Shown piece after piece: positions 19,225 to 27,784 of a stretch of DNA of 64,000 nt (its first letter is position 1; each line of letters starts with the position of its first letter). The position numbers and the translations under genes were made by a program. The notes below the pieces were generated by a model. It was not told where the DNA came from. It saw only the letters and a list, made by a program, of their open reading frames with translations, and made no database searches. The DNA is from an uncultured Verrucomicrobiae bacterium (GTDB lineage: Bacteria > Verrucomicrobiota > Verrucomicrobiia > Limisphaerales > Palsa-1400). Location: assembly GCA_963764165.1 (NCBI GenBank), contig CAVXRD010000001.1, positions 960,001 through 1,024,000 on the forward strand. The letters are read 5' to 3'.

Positions 19225-19305
19225 AGGTAGGGACGCCTCGCCGAGGCGTCCGGGGTGAGGCGGGGTTCACGCGCAACCGGACGCCTCGGCGAGGCGTCCC
19301 TACCT
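19225..19305. repeat. REP doublet, family A (GTAG-type)
   Basis: Inverted pair GTAGGGACGCCTCGCCGAGGCGTCCGG ... CCGGACGCCTCGGCGAGGCGTCCCTAC. Each half is itself a hairpin. Confidence 0.9.
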
Positions 19306-19313
19306 TTGCTCTG

Positions 19314-22300
19314 TCAATCCTTCTCCAGCAGGAAGGCTTTGGCGCTTTTGCGACCGAGGGTGGATTCCACTTTCAGCAGCGCGGCGTAATCCGGCGGCGG
19401 GATGATGGCGGGGCTTGTCGCAAATTCATGTGTGATCGCCCATTGGCCGGCGCTGTCGTTGGAGGTGATGAGCGCTTTTCCGCTGCCGTCGGGCGCGTCG
19501 AGCGTTTGGCTGCCGGGCGCCATCACGACGTGGCGGAAACCCGGCGGCAAATCGATTTCCGTGCGCACGGTGAATTGCCCGCCGTGCGAAATGTAGAGCG
19601 GCAGCGCGCGGCGATCCGCCCCGACCGGCAGGAGCGACGGCGTGAAGGGCAGATCAAAGTAGAAGTATTTTCCGTCCAGCACACTGTAATTATCCACGTC
19701 GGCGGTGAATTGCTCCACGCCGGGATAGGTGTCGAAATGGGTCGTCAAATCGCCCACGGCGTGCGCGCCCTGCGCCAGGCCGGAGACGACTTCCTGGAAG
19801 TAGCGGCGGCGTTCTTCCGGCGGCAATTCGGAGAAGTAGCGGTTTTTGCCGTTGAACTCCGAGCCGTAATAATGGCGAGTCACCTTGACCCGCGTCTTGC
19901 CCGTGTTGTCCGGCGAAAGCGTGTAAATTTCCTCCACTTTGTTCTCGCAGCCCGGCGCGGCATGGATCACTTCCGGCGCGCCCGTGGCGAGCGAAATTCC
20001 CATGCGCCCGTCGAACACGGTCGAACCGAGCTTGGCGTATTGATCGGTGTCATTCAGGTAATAATTGGTGCCGTCAACTTCGACCCGCACCGCCGGGTGA
20101 TCGAAATTGCGCGGCAACGGGAATGTCAGCGCGACGTTGGTAATGCCGCCAATGGGAGGCAATTGGGAAGCCAGCACGATCTCCGGCTTGAATCCCGCGG
20201 CGCTAAGCATCGCGTAGTACAGAATGGCGCGATCGGCTGCATGGCCATAGCCGTCAGCGAGCGTCGTGTCGGCGGCGGAAAGTTCGCTCAGCGGCAAGTC
20301 CATGAAGGACGGCCCGGCGAGGCGAATCGACTTGGCGATGAAGTCTCTCACCGCGGTGAGAGTTTCAATTTTTCCGTGCGCTTGCGCGGCCAGTTCCGCG
20401 CCTTTGGCGGAAGCCTTGGCGCTTTGTGACGCGCGATTGAGCATCGTCTCCTGCAATTCCTTGAGGTAGGCGGTCATGTCTCCCGCAAAATAGCTGACGC
20501 CAGAATTGTAAACCCATTCCGGCGGCAACGAGGGTTCTTGCGGCAGCGCTTTCACATGCTCGACTTCCCAGCGGGTGATTTTCTTTCCATCCTTCTCGCT
20601 GCTTTCGACTCTGATGGCGCCGGACTTTCCGCTGACATACTCTTTGACGGGAACGCCGTCCGGCGCTGTCAAGGTGAACGATTTTTTATCCAGTTCATCG
20701 GGCAACTGAAACGATTCAAAGCCAGATTGAAACGGGGTATTGGTCGTCGTGATTTCAAAACCGACGTCAATAATAGAACCGATTTCCACGCTGGGAAGAT
20801 TGGCCACCAGGATTTTCTCGCCGGTGTAGCGTTTGGCCGAGGCGTTCCAGCCAGCGTCCATCACGTTCATTTCACCCGCCGCGATTTCCTTTTTCTCGCC
20901 GGTTTTTGAGGTGACGGTGCCGTGGGTCAAACGCGCCGTCTGGCACGCCGGGTTGTAGGGAATTTTTATTTCCGATTCGCGAATTTTTCCGGCGTAGGTC
21001 AGGATGCGCTTGGAGAAATTGACCTTCAAAGTGGATGTGTGCGCGTCAATGATTTCCATCTCCTTCTTGCTTTCGATGATTTCCGCATTGGACGGCACGG
21101 ACTGCGCTTCGACTTCCGCTTCCGCCACGGCGGGCGCTGCGGCGGCTTCCGAGACGGCGAGAATTGGCGCTTTGCGCTGGTCGTATTCCATCGATTTCAA
21201 GGTCTGCTTCAGGGTGGCGTAATCGCTCGGGGCAAACTCCACCACCTTAAGCGTCAGCTCGCGGGAACCGGTCAGGATGCCGTCTTTGTCAGCGACTTTC
21301 TCGTGGAAGGCAAGGCTTGGATCGTCGATGGCCGAATAGGTGGGGAGCGAAATGGCGTCGCCAAACCCGCTGCCCAACTTGATCGAAACAGCCTCCGCCA
21401 AACCGCAGGCAACGGACGTTTGCATCGGATATTTGCGCTTGTCCAATCCGGCCCCGTTCAGGATGAAATTGACCACGCCGAAATCTTTTCCGATCCATGG
21501 CAGGTTCACGATCGCTTTGCCGTGGCCGGTCGCGGTCAAACCTTCAGCGGTGAATTCCATCTCAGCGTGAAGGGCGGAAGTCATGTCAGCCATGTCCTCC
21601 GGCGTGACTTTCAGCGAGCGGAGGCGCGCGCCGGGCATGGCGCCTTTGAGGTTGCGCTCAAAAAAACGGCGGCGGTCATCTTCCTTCATGTGGGAAAAGG
21701 CATTGCGATAGGCGTCGTCGTTGACGCCGTCAAAATAAAGATCCGATTTCGCCTCCAGTTTTCCCTCGGCGGTGAGGCTGCCGGTGGTCACGACGCGCAT
21801 GAGGTGGTCCTGCGGCGGCTGCACCGGGCTGATCTTCAAGCCCTCGCCTTCCGGACGGCACACCAGAAAGCTCTGGTCGCAATCGCTGGTGGGCAGAAGC
21901 GCGCGGGTGTTTTCATCGGTGGGATCCATCAGGAGATAATCACCATCCTTCATTTGCACACTGACGATGGCGTGATTGAAATCGGGATCCGGAACTTCTT
22001 TATCGCGCTTGGTGCCGACGCTGATGAGCACTGGATAGGCGTCTTCGCCAGCCTCGCGGAGCATCGAAACGAGCAGCGCGGCTTTGTCGCGGCAGACGCC
22101 GTATTTTTTGCCGTAGGTCACCTCAACATCGTGCGGCTCAAAACCGGGCCGATCCTTCTCCGGCGTCAGCCCCATGTAACGGATATTCTTGGAGACGTAA
22201 TAAAAAACAGATTTGATGCGCTCCATTTCAGAAGTCACGCCGTTGGTGAGTTTGCTGACTTCCTGTTTCATTTCCGGCGTCGTCGCGTCGAGATGGGATT

Positions 22301-23159
22301 TGCTCAGGTTCCAATACCATTTCGAAACCGTCTGCCAGTCGGGCATGGTGCTGACGAACAGGCGCTGCAGCGTCATTTCGTACGGCGGCATGGATGGCTC
22401 GTCGAACATGCGCGGGACATTTTGCACTTCCCAATGATGAATCGTGCCGCCGTCATCGGCCGCCTTCTTGGTGTAGACGACGGTGTTGGGGACTTCATCG
22501 CGAAGGGCGATGCGCACCAGCGGGCGGTCAGCCGGAGCGTGAACTTCATAGGAAGTGTGGAGCACGAAACTGGAGCCTTCAAACACGCTTTCCTCCGCGT
22601 ATTGGCCTTCGATGTAAGCGCGATTGATGCTGACGCGGGCAACTGAATGAACGACATCGCCAATCTCAACGCCAGGAATGTTGACCTGGAGAATTTTGCT
22701 GTTGGGATCATAAATATTCATTGCCATCTGGCTGTCATCAATCGTTTCCTTTGAATTGGCGGCGACATCGACGGGGACGGCCTTTCCGCCGGGCTTGATG
22801 ATCTCCAGGCTTGGCACCGTCACGGTCGTGTAGGGCAGCATGAAACTGAGCGTGAGCGTGCGGTTGTTGCGTCGGCCCTTTTCGGTGAGAACCTTGGTGT
22901 AGGTTTCGTCCTGGCATTCGCCCGTGCCGTCGGAGCGGTAGATGCGCATCAATTTCCGGTCGACGATGGCGTCGTCGCAATCGGGATATTTGGCAAGCGT
23001 GATTTCACCGGCGGCGGCGAGGACTTTTTGTGGATCAAGCAGCGACCAAATCGGGCCGGAATAGTCGTTGGTGTGGGCGCAGACCGCGCTGGTGAAGGCC
23101 ACGAAAATGGCGGCGAACACAGCCACGGCAAAACGAATGGGCTTTGAGCAGTAATTCAT
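19314..23159 (-). CDS. Secreted protein with two DUF3857 + transglutaminase-like modules, ~1280 aa
   Basis: Signal-peptide-like N-terminus. Module 1 has YGVCRDKA...FNHAI...MDPT (Cys-His-Asp). Module 2 has YGHAADRA...FDHPAV...LNDT. The start at MNYCSK is uncertain. Confidence 0.85.
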   Translation of the reverse strand: MNYCSKPIRFAVAVFAAIFVAFTSAVCAHTNDYSGPIWSLLDPQKVLAAAGEITLAKYPDCDDAIVDRKLMRIYRSDGTGECQDETYTKVLTEKGRRNNRTLTLSFMLPYTTVTVPSLEIIKPGGKAVPVDVAANSKETIDDSQMAMNIYDPNSKILQVNIPGVEIGDVVHSVARVSINRAYIEGQYAEESVFEGSSFVLHTSYEVHAPADRPLVRIALRDEVPNTVVYTKKAADDGGTIHHWEVQNVPRMFDEPSMPPYEMTLQRLFVSTMPDWQTVSKWYWNLSKSHLDATTPEMKQEVSKLTNGVTSEMERIKSVFYYVSKNIRYMGLTPEKDRPGFEPHDVEVTYGKKYGVCRDKAALLVSMLREAGEDAYPVLISVGTKRDKEVPDPDFNHAIVSVQMKDGDYLLMDPTDENTRALLPTSDCDQSFLVCRPEGEGLKISPVQPPQDHLMRVVTTGSLTAEGKLEAKSDLYFDGVNDDAYRNAFSHMKEDDRRRFFERNLKGAMPGARLRSLKVTPEDMADMTSALHAEMEFTAEGLTATGHGKAIVNLPWIGKDFGVVNFILNGAGLDKRKYPMQTSVACGLAEAVSIKLGSGFGDAISLPTYSAIDDPSLAFHEKVADKDGILTGSRELTLKVVEFAPSDYATLKQTLKSMEYDQRKAPILAVSEAAAAPAVAEAEVEAQSVPSNAEIIESKKEMEIIDAHTSTLKVNFSKRILTYAGKIRESEIKIPYNPACQTARLTHGTVTSKTGEKKEIAAGEMNVMDAGWNASAKRYTGEKILVANLPSVEIGSIIDVGFEITTTNTPFQSGFESFQLPDELDKKSFTLTAPDGVPVKEYVSGKSGAIRVESSEKDGKKITRWEVEHVKALPQEPSLPPEWVYNSGVSYFAGDMTAYLKELQETMLNRASQSAKASAKGAELAAQAHGKIETLTAVRDFIAKSIRLAGPSFMDLPLSELSAADTTLADGYGHAADRAILYYAMLSAAGFKPEIVLASQLPPIGGITNVALTFPLPRNFDHPAVRVEVDGTNYYLNDTDQYAKLGSTVFDGRMGISLATGAPEVIHAAPGCENKVEEIYTLSPDNTGKTRVKVTRHYYGSEFNGKNRYFSELPPEERRRYFQEVVSGLAQGAHAVGDLTTHFDTYPGVEQFTADVDNYSVLDGKYFYFDLPFTPSLLPVGADRRALPLYISHGGQFTVRTEIDLPPGFRHVVMAPGSQTLDAPDGSGKALITSNDSAGQWAITHEFATSPAIIPPPDYAALLKVESTLGRKSAKAFLLEKD

Positions 23160-23193
23160 AAATAACGAAAAGACTGGTGGCAATTTACCCCAG

Positions 23194-23210
23194 AGCGAGG
23201 TTCGTGCCAG
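23194..23210 (-). promoter_or_regulatory. Putative sigma54 (-24/-12) promoter
   Basis: The minus strand reads CTGGCACGAACCTCGCT (GG-N10-GC), 35 nt upstream of the DUF3857 gene start. Confidence 0.45.
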
Positions 23211-23576
23211 AAAATTTGTTTGGGTGCGCCGAGACGCGGGTGCCCGTTCCCGTTTTCGAGATTCAAGGCCATTGGCGTTTTTTTGAAAATCTACCGATAA
23301 TTAGTGTTATTTAGCGGTAATTAGCGTAAATCTCCGCGCATTGTTCCAGCGCCTCGTTGCCGCCGGTTTTCTTGCATTTCACATTCATGGCAGAAGCATC
23401 CTGGCATATCCCGAAGCAAACAGAAAACCTACCCGAGGTTTTTTGGCACGATTTTTGGAGGCAAAATTGAATCTGGTACGACCGGACTCAGGAAACGAGG
23501 CATTTTTCAGTGAAGGCGCGCTAGTCCGTCTTGGCACGCTTTGACATGGTCGCAGATTTGGGATGAAAACTATCTG

Positions 23577-23814
23577 ATGCAAACGACCGTTCAGCTCAAC
23601 GACGACTTGCTGGCGCAAGCCACTCAAATGGCGCGCGAGAAAGGTTATGATCTGATCACACCTTATCGCGGAGACGTTGCGCGATAAGATTGCGTCCAGT
23701 CCGTCTCCTGCGCCGTTTCTGGGATTGGAAACCTTCGGCGGCGAAGGAGCGCATCCTAGTGTAGATTTGAATAACTCGGCTGCACTATTGGATTTTATAG
23801 AACGGGGCGAATGA
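23577..23814 (+). pseudogene. VapB-like antitoxin, frameshifted
   Basis: MQTTVQLNDDLLAQATQMAREKGYDL, then after one extra base at ~23655 SHLIAETLRDKI...ETFGGEGAHPSVDLNNSAALLDFIERGE*. The stop overlaps the toxin ATG (ATGA). Confidence 0.75.
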
Positions 23815-23890
23815 TTTTGGTGGACGTCAGTGTTTTGGTATATGCTCATCGCCGGGAATCAGGAGATCATGATCGCTATCGGCAGTGGGG
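23811..23890 (+). pseudogene. VapC PIN-domain toxin, N-terminal fragment
   Basis: MILVDVSVLVYAHRRESGDHDRYRQW is a typical PIN N-terminus. Similarity is lost after ~27 codons, where a convergent small gene begins. Confidence 0.75.
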
Positions 23891-23896
23891 ATTGAC

Positions 23897-24073
23897 TCAC
23901 TTCGGATTTTTTGACGATTTCCCAATTCGGTTCAAAACAACACAAAATAGAATGAGCGCCGCCAGCGCGTTTGTTAGCCCGTTGAATGTCAATCGGTCCA
24001 TGGCGTAAAAGAAAAGGATGGCCAGGAATGCCACCACCACCAGAACTGAAAAAATGCCTTCAAATCGACGCAT
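23897..24073 (-). CDS. Small two-TM membrane protein, 58 aa (below the ORF-track cutoff)
   Basis: MRRFEGIFSVLVVVAFLAILFFYAMDRLTFNGLTNALAALILFCVVLNRIGKSSKNPK*, with GAGGA upstream of the ATG. Confidence 0.55.
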   Translation of the reverse strand: MRRFEGIFSVLVVVAFLAILFFYAMDRLTFNGLTNALAALILFCVVLNRIGKSSKNPK

Positions 24074-24172
24074 TTGCTTTCCTCGGATTCGATTTCGGTT
24101 GGGGCCGGCTGGATTGCCACCCAGCTAAAGCCTTCGTTCCTGAGTTCGGTCGTTCCTGATTAAATCATCTTT

Positions 24173-25093
24173 TCACGGTTTTGTGTCAGCCAACTCCAGC
24201 ACCGACAGGATCATGCTGAAGGCGGCGGCGGGGTCGCTGTTGTTTCCCAAGTTGACCACGAAACAACTGTTGGTGTTTTGCCGCGAAGCGCAGTGGCCGT
24301 CGGAGAAAAGGATGCTCGCATACGCTTGCTGGTGGTGCGTGCTGGGATAGACGTTGTAGGCGGCCACGGCGGGTGTGCAGAGGAATTCTGTATCCATGAC
24401 CAAAGCGCGGATGGGCAAGCCGTTTCGGTTTTGGCCGAGGTTGTCCAATTCAATATGGGTGGGCACGAAGGGCGAGCCGGGGGTGTCGAAAAGCGCGGTG
24501 TTGCCGCCGTGGCGAAAGTAGTAGCTGGATTGGGCTTGCGCGTGGCCGACTTGCGCAAGTTGGGTGTCTGCGCTGATCGGCTGATCGCTGCCGGGGCAGA
24601 AACAGACTTTTGGCTGGCTGGCCAGATACGATTGCAGCATCAAGCCCAATCCCACCGGCGCTCCCGCCGTAATCGACAGCAAACTGGTCGGCGCGCCCGT
24701 GGAGGGATACAAATCGAATGGGCTGGTGAATGCAGGGGCTTTCGGTCCGTAGGGGATGTCGCCCGAGCTGTCATCCGCATAGCCGCGGATGGCGATGCCG
24801 ATCTGGCGGAGATTCGACAGGCAGGCGGTGCCTTTGCCCCGCTCCTTGGCGGAGGCGAGCACTGGCAGCAGCAACGCCGCGAGGATGGCTATTACCGCGA
24901 TCACCACCAACAATTCGATTAGGGTGAAGCCTCGAACGCGTGCTGGCGGAAGGACGGCGATGCGTCTCGCAATAAAACTCTCACGGAGGAATTTTAACAG
25001 AGGGACACGAAGCACACGAAGGGGGGGCAAAAGATCGGTCCGGTGCTTTTGGCCTTCCTTCGTGTGCTTCGCGTCCTTCTGTAGAATTTTCAT
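24173..25093 (-). CDS. Prepilin-type N-terminal cleavage/methylation protein (DUF1559 / H-X9-DG-like)
   Basis: [40 protein letters not shown]-terminal [20 protein letters not shown] lies 7 nt before ATG 25093. Confidence 0.88.
   Translation of the reverse strand: MKILQKDAKHTKEGQKHRTDLLPPLRVLRVPLLKFLRESFIARRIAVLPPARVRGFTLIELLVVIAVIAILAALLLPVLASAKERGKGTACLSNLRQIGIAIRGYADDSSGDIPYGPKAPAFTSPFDLYPSTGAPTSLLSITAGAPVGLGLMLQSYLASQPKVCFCPGSDQPISADTQLAQVGHAQAQSSYYFRHGGNTALFDTPGSPFVPTHIELDNLGQNRNGLPIRALVMDTEFLCTPAVAAYNVYPSTHHQQAYASILFSDGHCASRQNTNSCFVVNLGNNSDPAAAFSMILSVLELADTKP
24989..25091. repeat. Palindromic repeat element (family C) inside the prepilin leader
   Basis: Arms AATTTTAACAGAGGGACACGAAGCACACGAAGG and CCTTCGTGTGCTTCGCGTCCTTCTGTAGAATT. 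A related half copy is at ~51005-51030. Confidence 0.75.
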
Positions 25094-25248
25094 TTTTTGG
25101 CCTCCGATGGAATCATGCAGCGGAGGTCGTATGTCAGCCTGGAAGTTCGTTTGAGGCAAGCCTTCCGAGATGCCCGAAAAACTCGCAGCGAGCGCGGCCC
25201 AGCCTACACGCAACTGGACGTTTTGGCGGGCGAGGATTCATCGCGAGA

Positions 25249-26899
25249 TTACGGCGGCGACGTCCCGATAGTAATCGAGCCACTCACGCCGGCACTGTAG
25301 AATCGCTGGGTGGCGGCGGAGTTCGTGTCCGTGAACAGCATTGAGCCGCTCGTGTTGGTGAACGTGCCGAGGCTCGTCCATTGCCAGACAGGCAACGCGA
25401 GATTGGTGGTCGACAGGACTTGATAAACCGTGTTCGGTTCGCTCACGACGGTGAATTGCATTGCGCCGTTCGTCATCAACGGATTGATCAGGTTCAACGG
25501 CGTGCTTTCAACGAGGCGCACATTGTCCACGTCCCAATAACCGCCCCATGATGTCGGGTCGTAGGGATCGGGCACGGCCATCAATTCGATTCCGATGTGT
25601 TGTCCGGCCCACGGGTCGGTGGGGTTCACGGCCGGGAGTGTTACGGAAAAATCCGCATACCCCTGGTCGTTCGGGAACTGCGCCGCTGAATTGGCCACCA
25701 AGGTGCTGGCAATGATTTGCATGTTCGTGGTGTCGACCAAGTAGTAAAAGCTCAACGCGAAGGCCGATCCTTCCGCCATCCCGCCGCCACCGCCAAGCAC
25801 GGCAACCGTCATGGTGTAGGATTTGCCGGGCTGGTAAATGGAATTGAAAGCGTGCGTCGGCGCAGTGGCGTCGGCGCCGATGCTGTTGTAATCCTGGTAG
25901 ATCGCAACCTCCGGCAATGCAAACAGGAAGGCGGATTGGACACCATTGCCGTTGGTGATGTAGGAACTGTTTGTTCCCGCGCCCGGGTCAGGCCAATTGT
26001 AAAATGTCCCCATCAATTCAAACCACGGCGCGCCGCCGAAGTAGGCTGGATCATAATAGGCGGGCTGCGCCGCTTCCGCCCAGGAACCGAGCACCGGCGA
26101 AGCATATGGGAAATTGGTGCCAATGCTGGGCGTTTCAAAGGAGAAGTTCGGGACATAAAGCCCTTCCAGCACGCGAACATTGTCGACATCCCAATAACCA
26201 CCCCACGCGTTCTGGATCGCCAAAGCTCGGAGTCGCCACGATTTCCAAGCCGATCGGCTTGCCCGCCCACGCGTTGGTGGATTGAACGTTGGAAATGGAA
26301 ACCGAGAAATCGACGAAATGCGTTTCGTCCGGGAAGTTGCCGATGGTGTTCGTGACGGTCGTGTCGCCGATAATGTTCGTGCCGCCGGAATCATCCACGT
26401 AATAAAGATACAAATCGATCGTGGAACCGTTGGTCATCCCGCCCCCGCCGCCGATCAATCCAACGGTCATTGTGTAGGATTTGCCGGGCTTGTAGGTGGC
26501 GTCGAGCGATTGGAAAATGCCAACTTCAGGCAAGGCAAAAAGAAAAACCGCCTGCGCGCCGTTGCAATTGTCGATGTAGCTGGAGTTCGTCGCGGTGGAA
26601 TTCGTGTAGTTGGCGACATTATAAAAGGTACCCACCAGATCGTCCCACGGTGAACCGTCGAATTCCGACGGGTCATACCAATACGGCTGGGGCGTTTCCT
26701 GCCAGTCCTCGAGCACCGGCGCGGCGTAGGGGAAGTTCGTGCCGATGTCGGGCAATTCAAAAGAATAATTGGGAACCGGGAGATAGCCGGCGCGGGCTGA
26801 TTTGGCCGACGCGAGAACGACCACCAAAAACGCGAATAACGCAATCCATCGGATCGCGGAGAAAAAAGGGGAATGCTGGGACTTCGTCATCATTTTCAT
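25249..26899 (-). CDS. Secreted protein with two homologous carbohydrate-binding-like domains and a C-terminal STNL-W-RFY domain; frameshift at ~26212
   Basis: Signal peptide ending SARA. Two repeats (VPNYSFE...WAGKPIGLEI...WGGYWDVDNVR and VPNFSFE...WAGQHIGIEL...WGGYWDVDNVR) are split across ORFs 26135-26998 and 25249-26394. Confidence 0.8.
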
Positions 26900-27176
26900 G
26901 CTCAATACTATGTTAAATCGGAATATAAATCGGAGTAACGCTAAGAAGCCAAAGCCGATCACATGCGCAACTGTGCATGTATCCATGGCGCCGGGCAAGC
27001 TGTTTTTGGCAGGTGCTTTGACGCAACGAAGGTGAAATAAGAATTTAATCAGAAAGACCGGGAGAACGGAGTTGAAAAATCATCGTGAGGCAAAACCGTT
27101 CTTTCTCGGGTTCTCTCGGCATTCCTGTTTGATTTCAAAGTCTGGAGTTAAAGGCCCCGGTCCAGACGCCTCGGCG

Positions 27177-27316
27177 GAGACTGTCTCAAAACTCAAAAAC
27201 GGCTTTAAAAAGCACCACAAAAACACCCTCGCCGAAAATAAAAATGCGCCATATCGCAAATGAGAGAGTCGTAGTATTGACACATTTTGAGGATTTTGTA
27301 GTTTTGAGACAATCTC
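27177..27316. mobile_element. 140-bp MITE with IS1182-type ends, inserted in a family A REP
   Basis: TIRs GAGACTGTCTCAAAAC (27177-92) and GTTTTGAGACAATCTC (27301-16). GGCG direct repeat at 27173-76 and 27317-20. The flanks rebuild GACGCCTCGGCGAGGCGCCCCTAC. Confidence 0.85.
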
Positions 27317-27349
27317 GGCGAGGCGCCCCTACCTTTTCTGGGGCCGAGT

Positions 27350-27784
27350 TCACCCCGGAGGCGGGTTCGGATTCAGGGTGAATTGCGTCGTGTCGCCGGT
27401 TCTCGGCTTGAGTCCCAGGATGACGCCGACCTGCTCTCCCAAGAGCCGCGTGTTGATAGGTTTGGTGATGTAGGCGTCGCACCCGGCCTCGAACGCCTTT
27501 TTGTCATCGCCCTTCATCGCATACGCTGTAAGGGCAGCGACCTTGATATGCTTGGTGGCCGGATCGGCCTTGAGCTGGCGCGTCAGTGTCAACCCGTCCA
27601 TGCCGGGCAGAGATATATCCATCAATATCAGGTCGGGGTGTTCCTTCTGAATGACCTCGAGAGCCTGGGTGGCGTTGGTGGCGTCAAATATCTGGTAGCC
27701 GCTGAATTTGAGAGCGTAGGTCGCAACCTTGAGGTTCACCGGGTGGTCGTCGACCACCAAAACTTTGATGGCGTTGCCGTTCAT
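27350..27784 (-). CDS. Single-domain response regulator (CheY/DivK-like)
   Basis: VLVVDD, DLILMDISLPGMDG, ALTAYAM, YITKP. Confidence 0.92.
   Translation of the reverse strand: MNGNAIKVLVVDDHPVNLKVATYALKFSGYQIFDATNATQALEVIQKEHPDLILMDISLPGMDGLTLTRQLKADPATKHIKVAALTAYAMKGDDKKAFEAGCDAYITKPINTRLLGEQVGVILGLKPRTGDTTQFTLNPNPPPG

Noticed and set aside
19209..22646. Plus-strand ORFs of 406 and 574 aa
   Set aside because: Antisense to the DUF3857 gene, which carries clear motifs.
23443..23460. Plus-strand TGGCACG sigma54-like motif
   Set aside because: The -12 element is GG rather than GC.
27277..27304. TTGACA-N16-TAGTTT inside the MITE as an outward promoter
   Set aside because: The spacing is suboptimal and it points antisense into the response regulator. 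It cannot be supported without transcript data.
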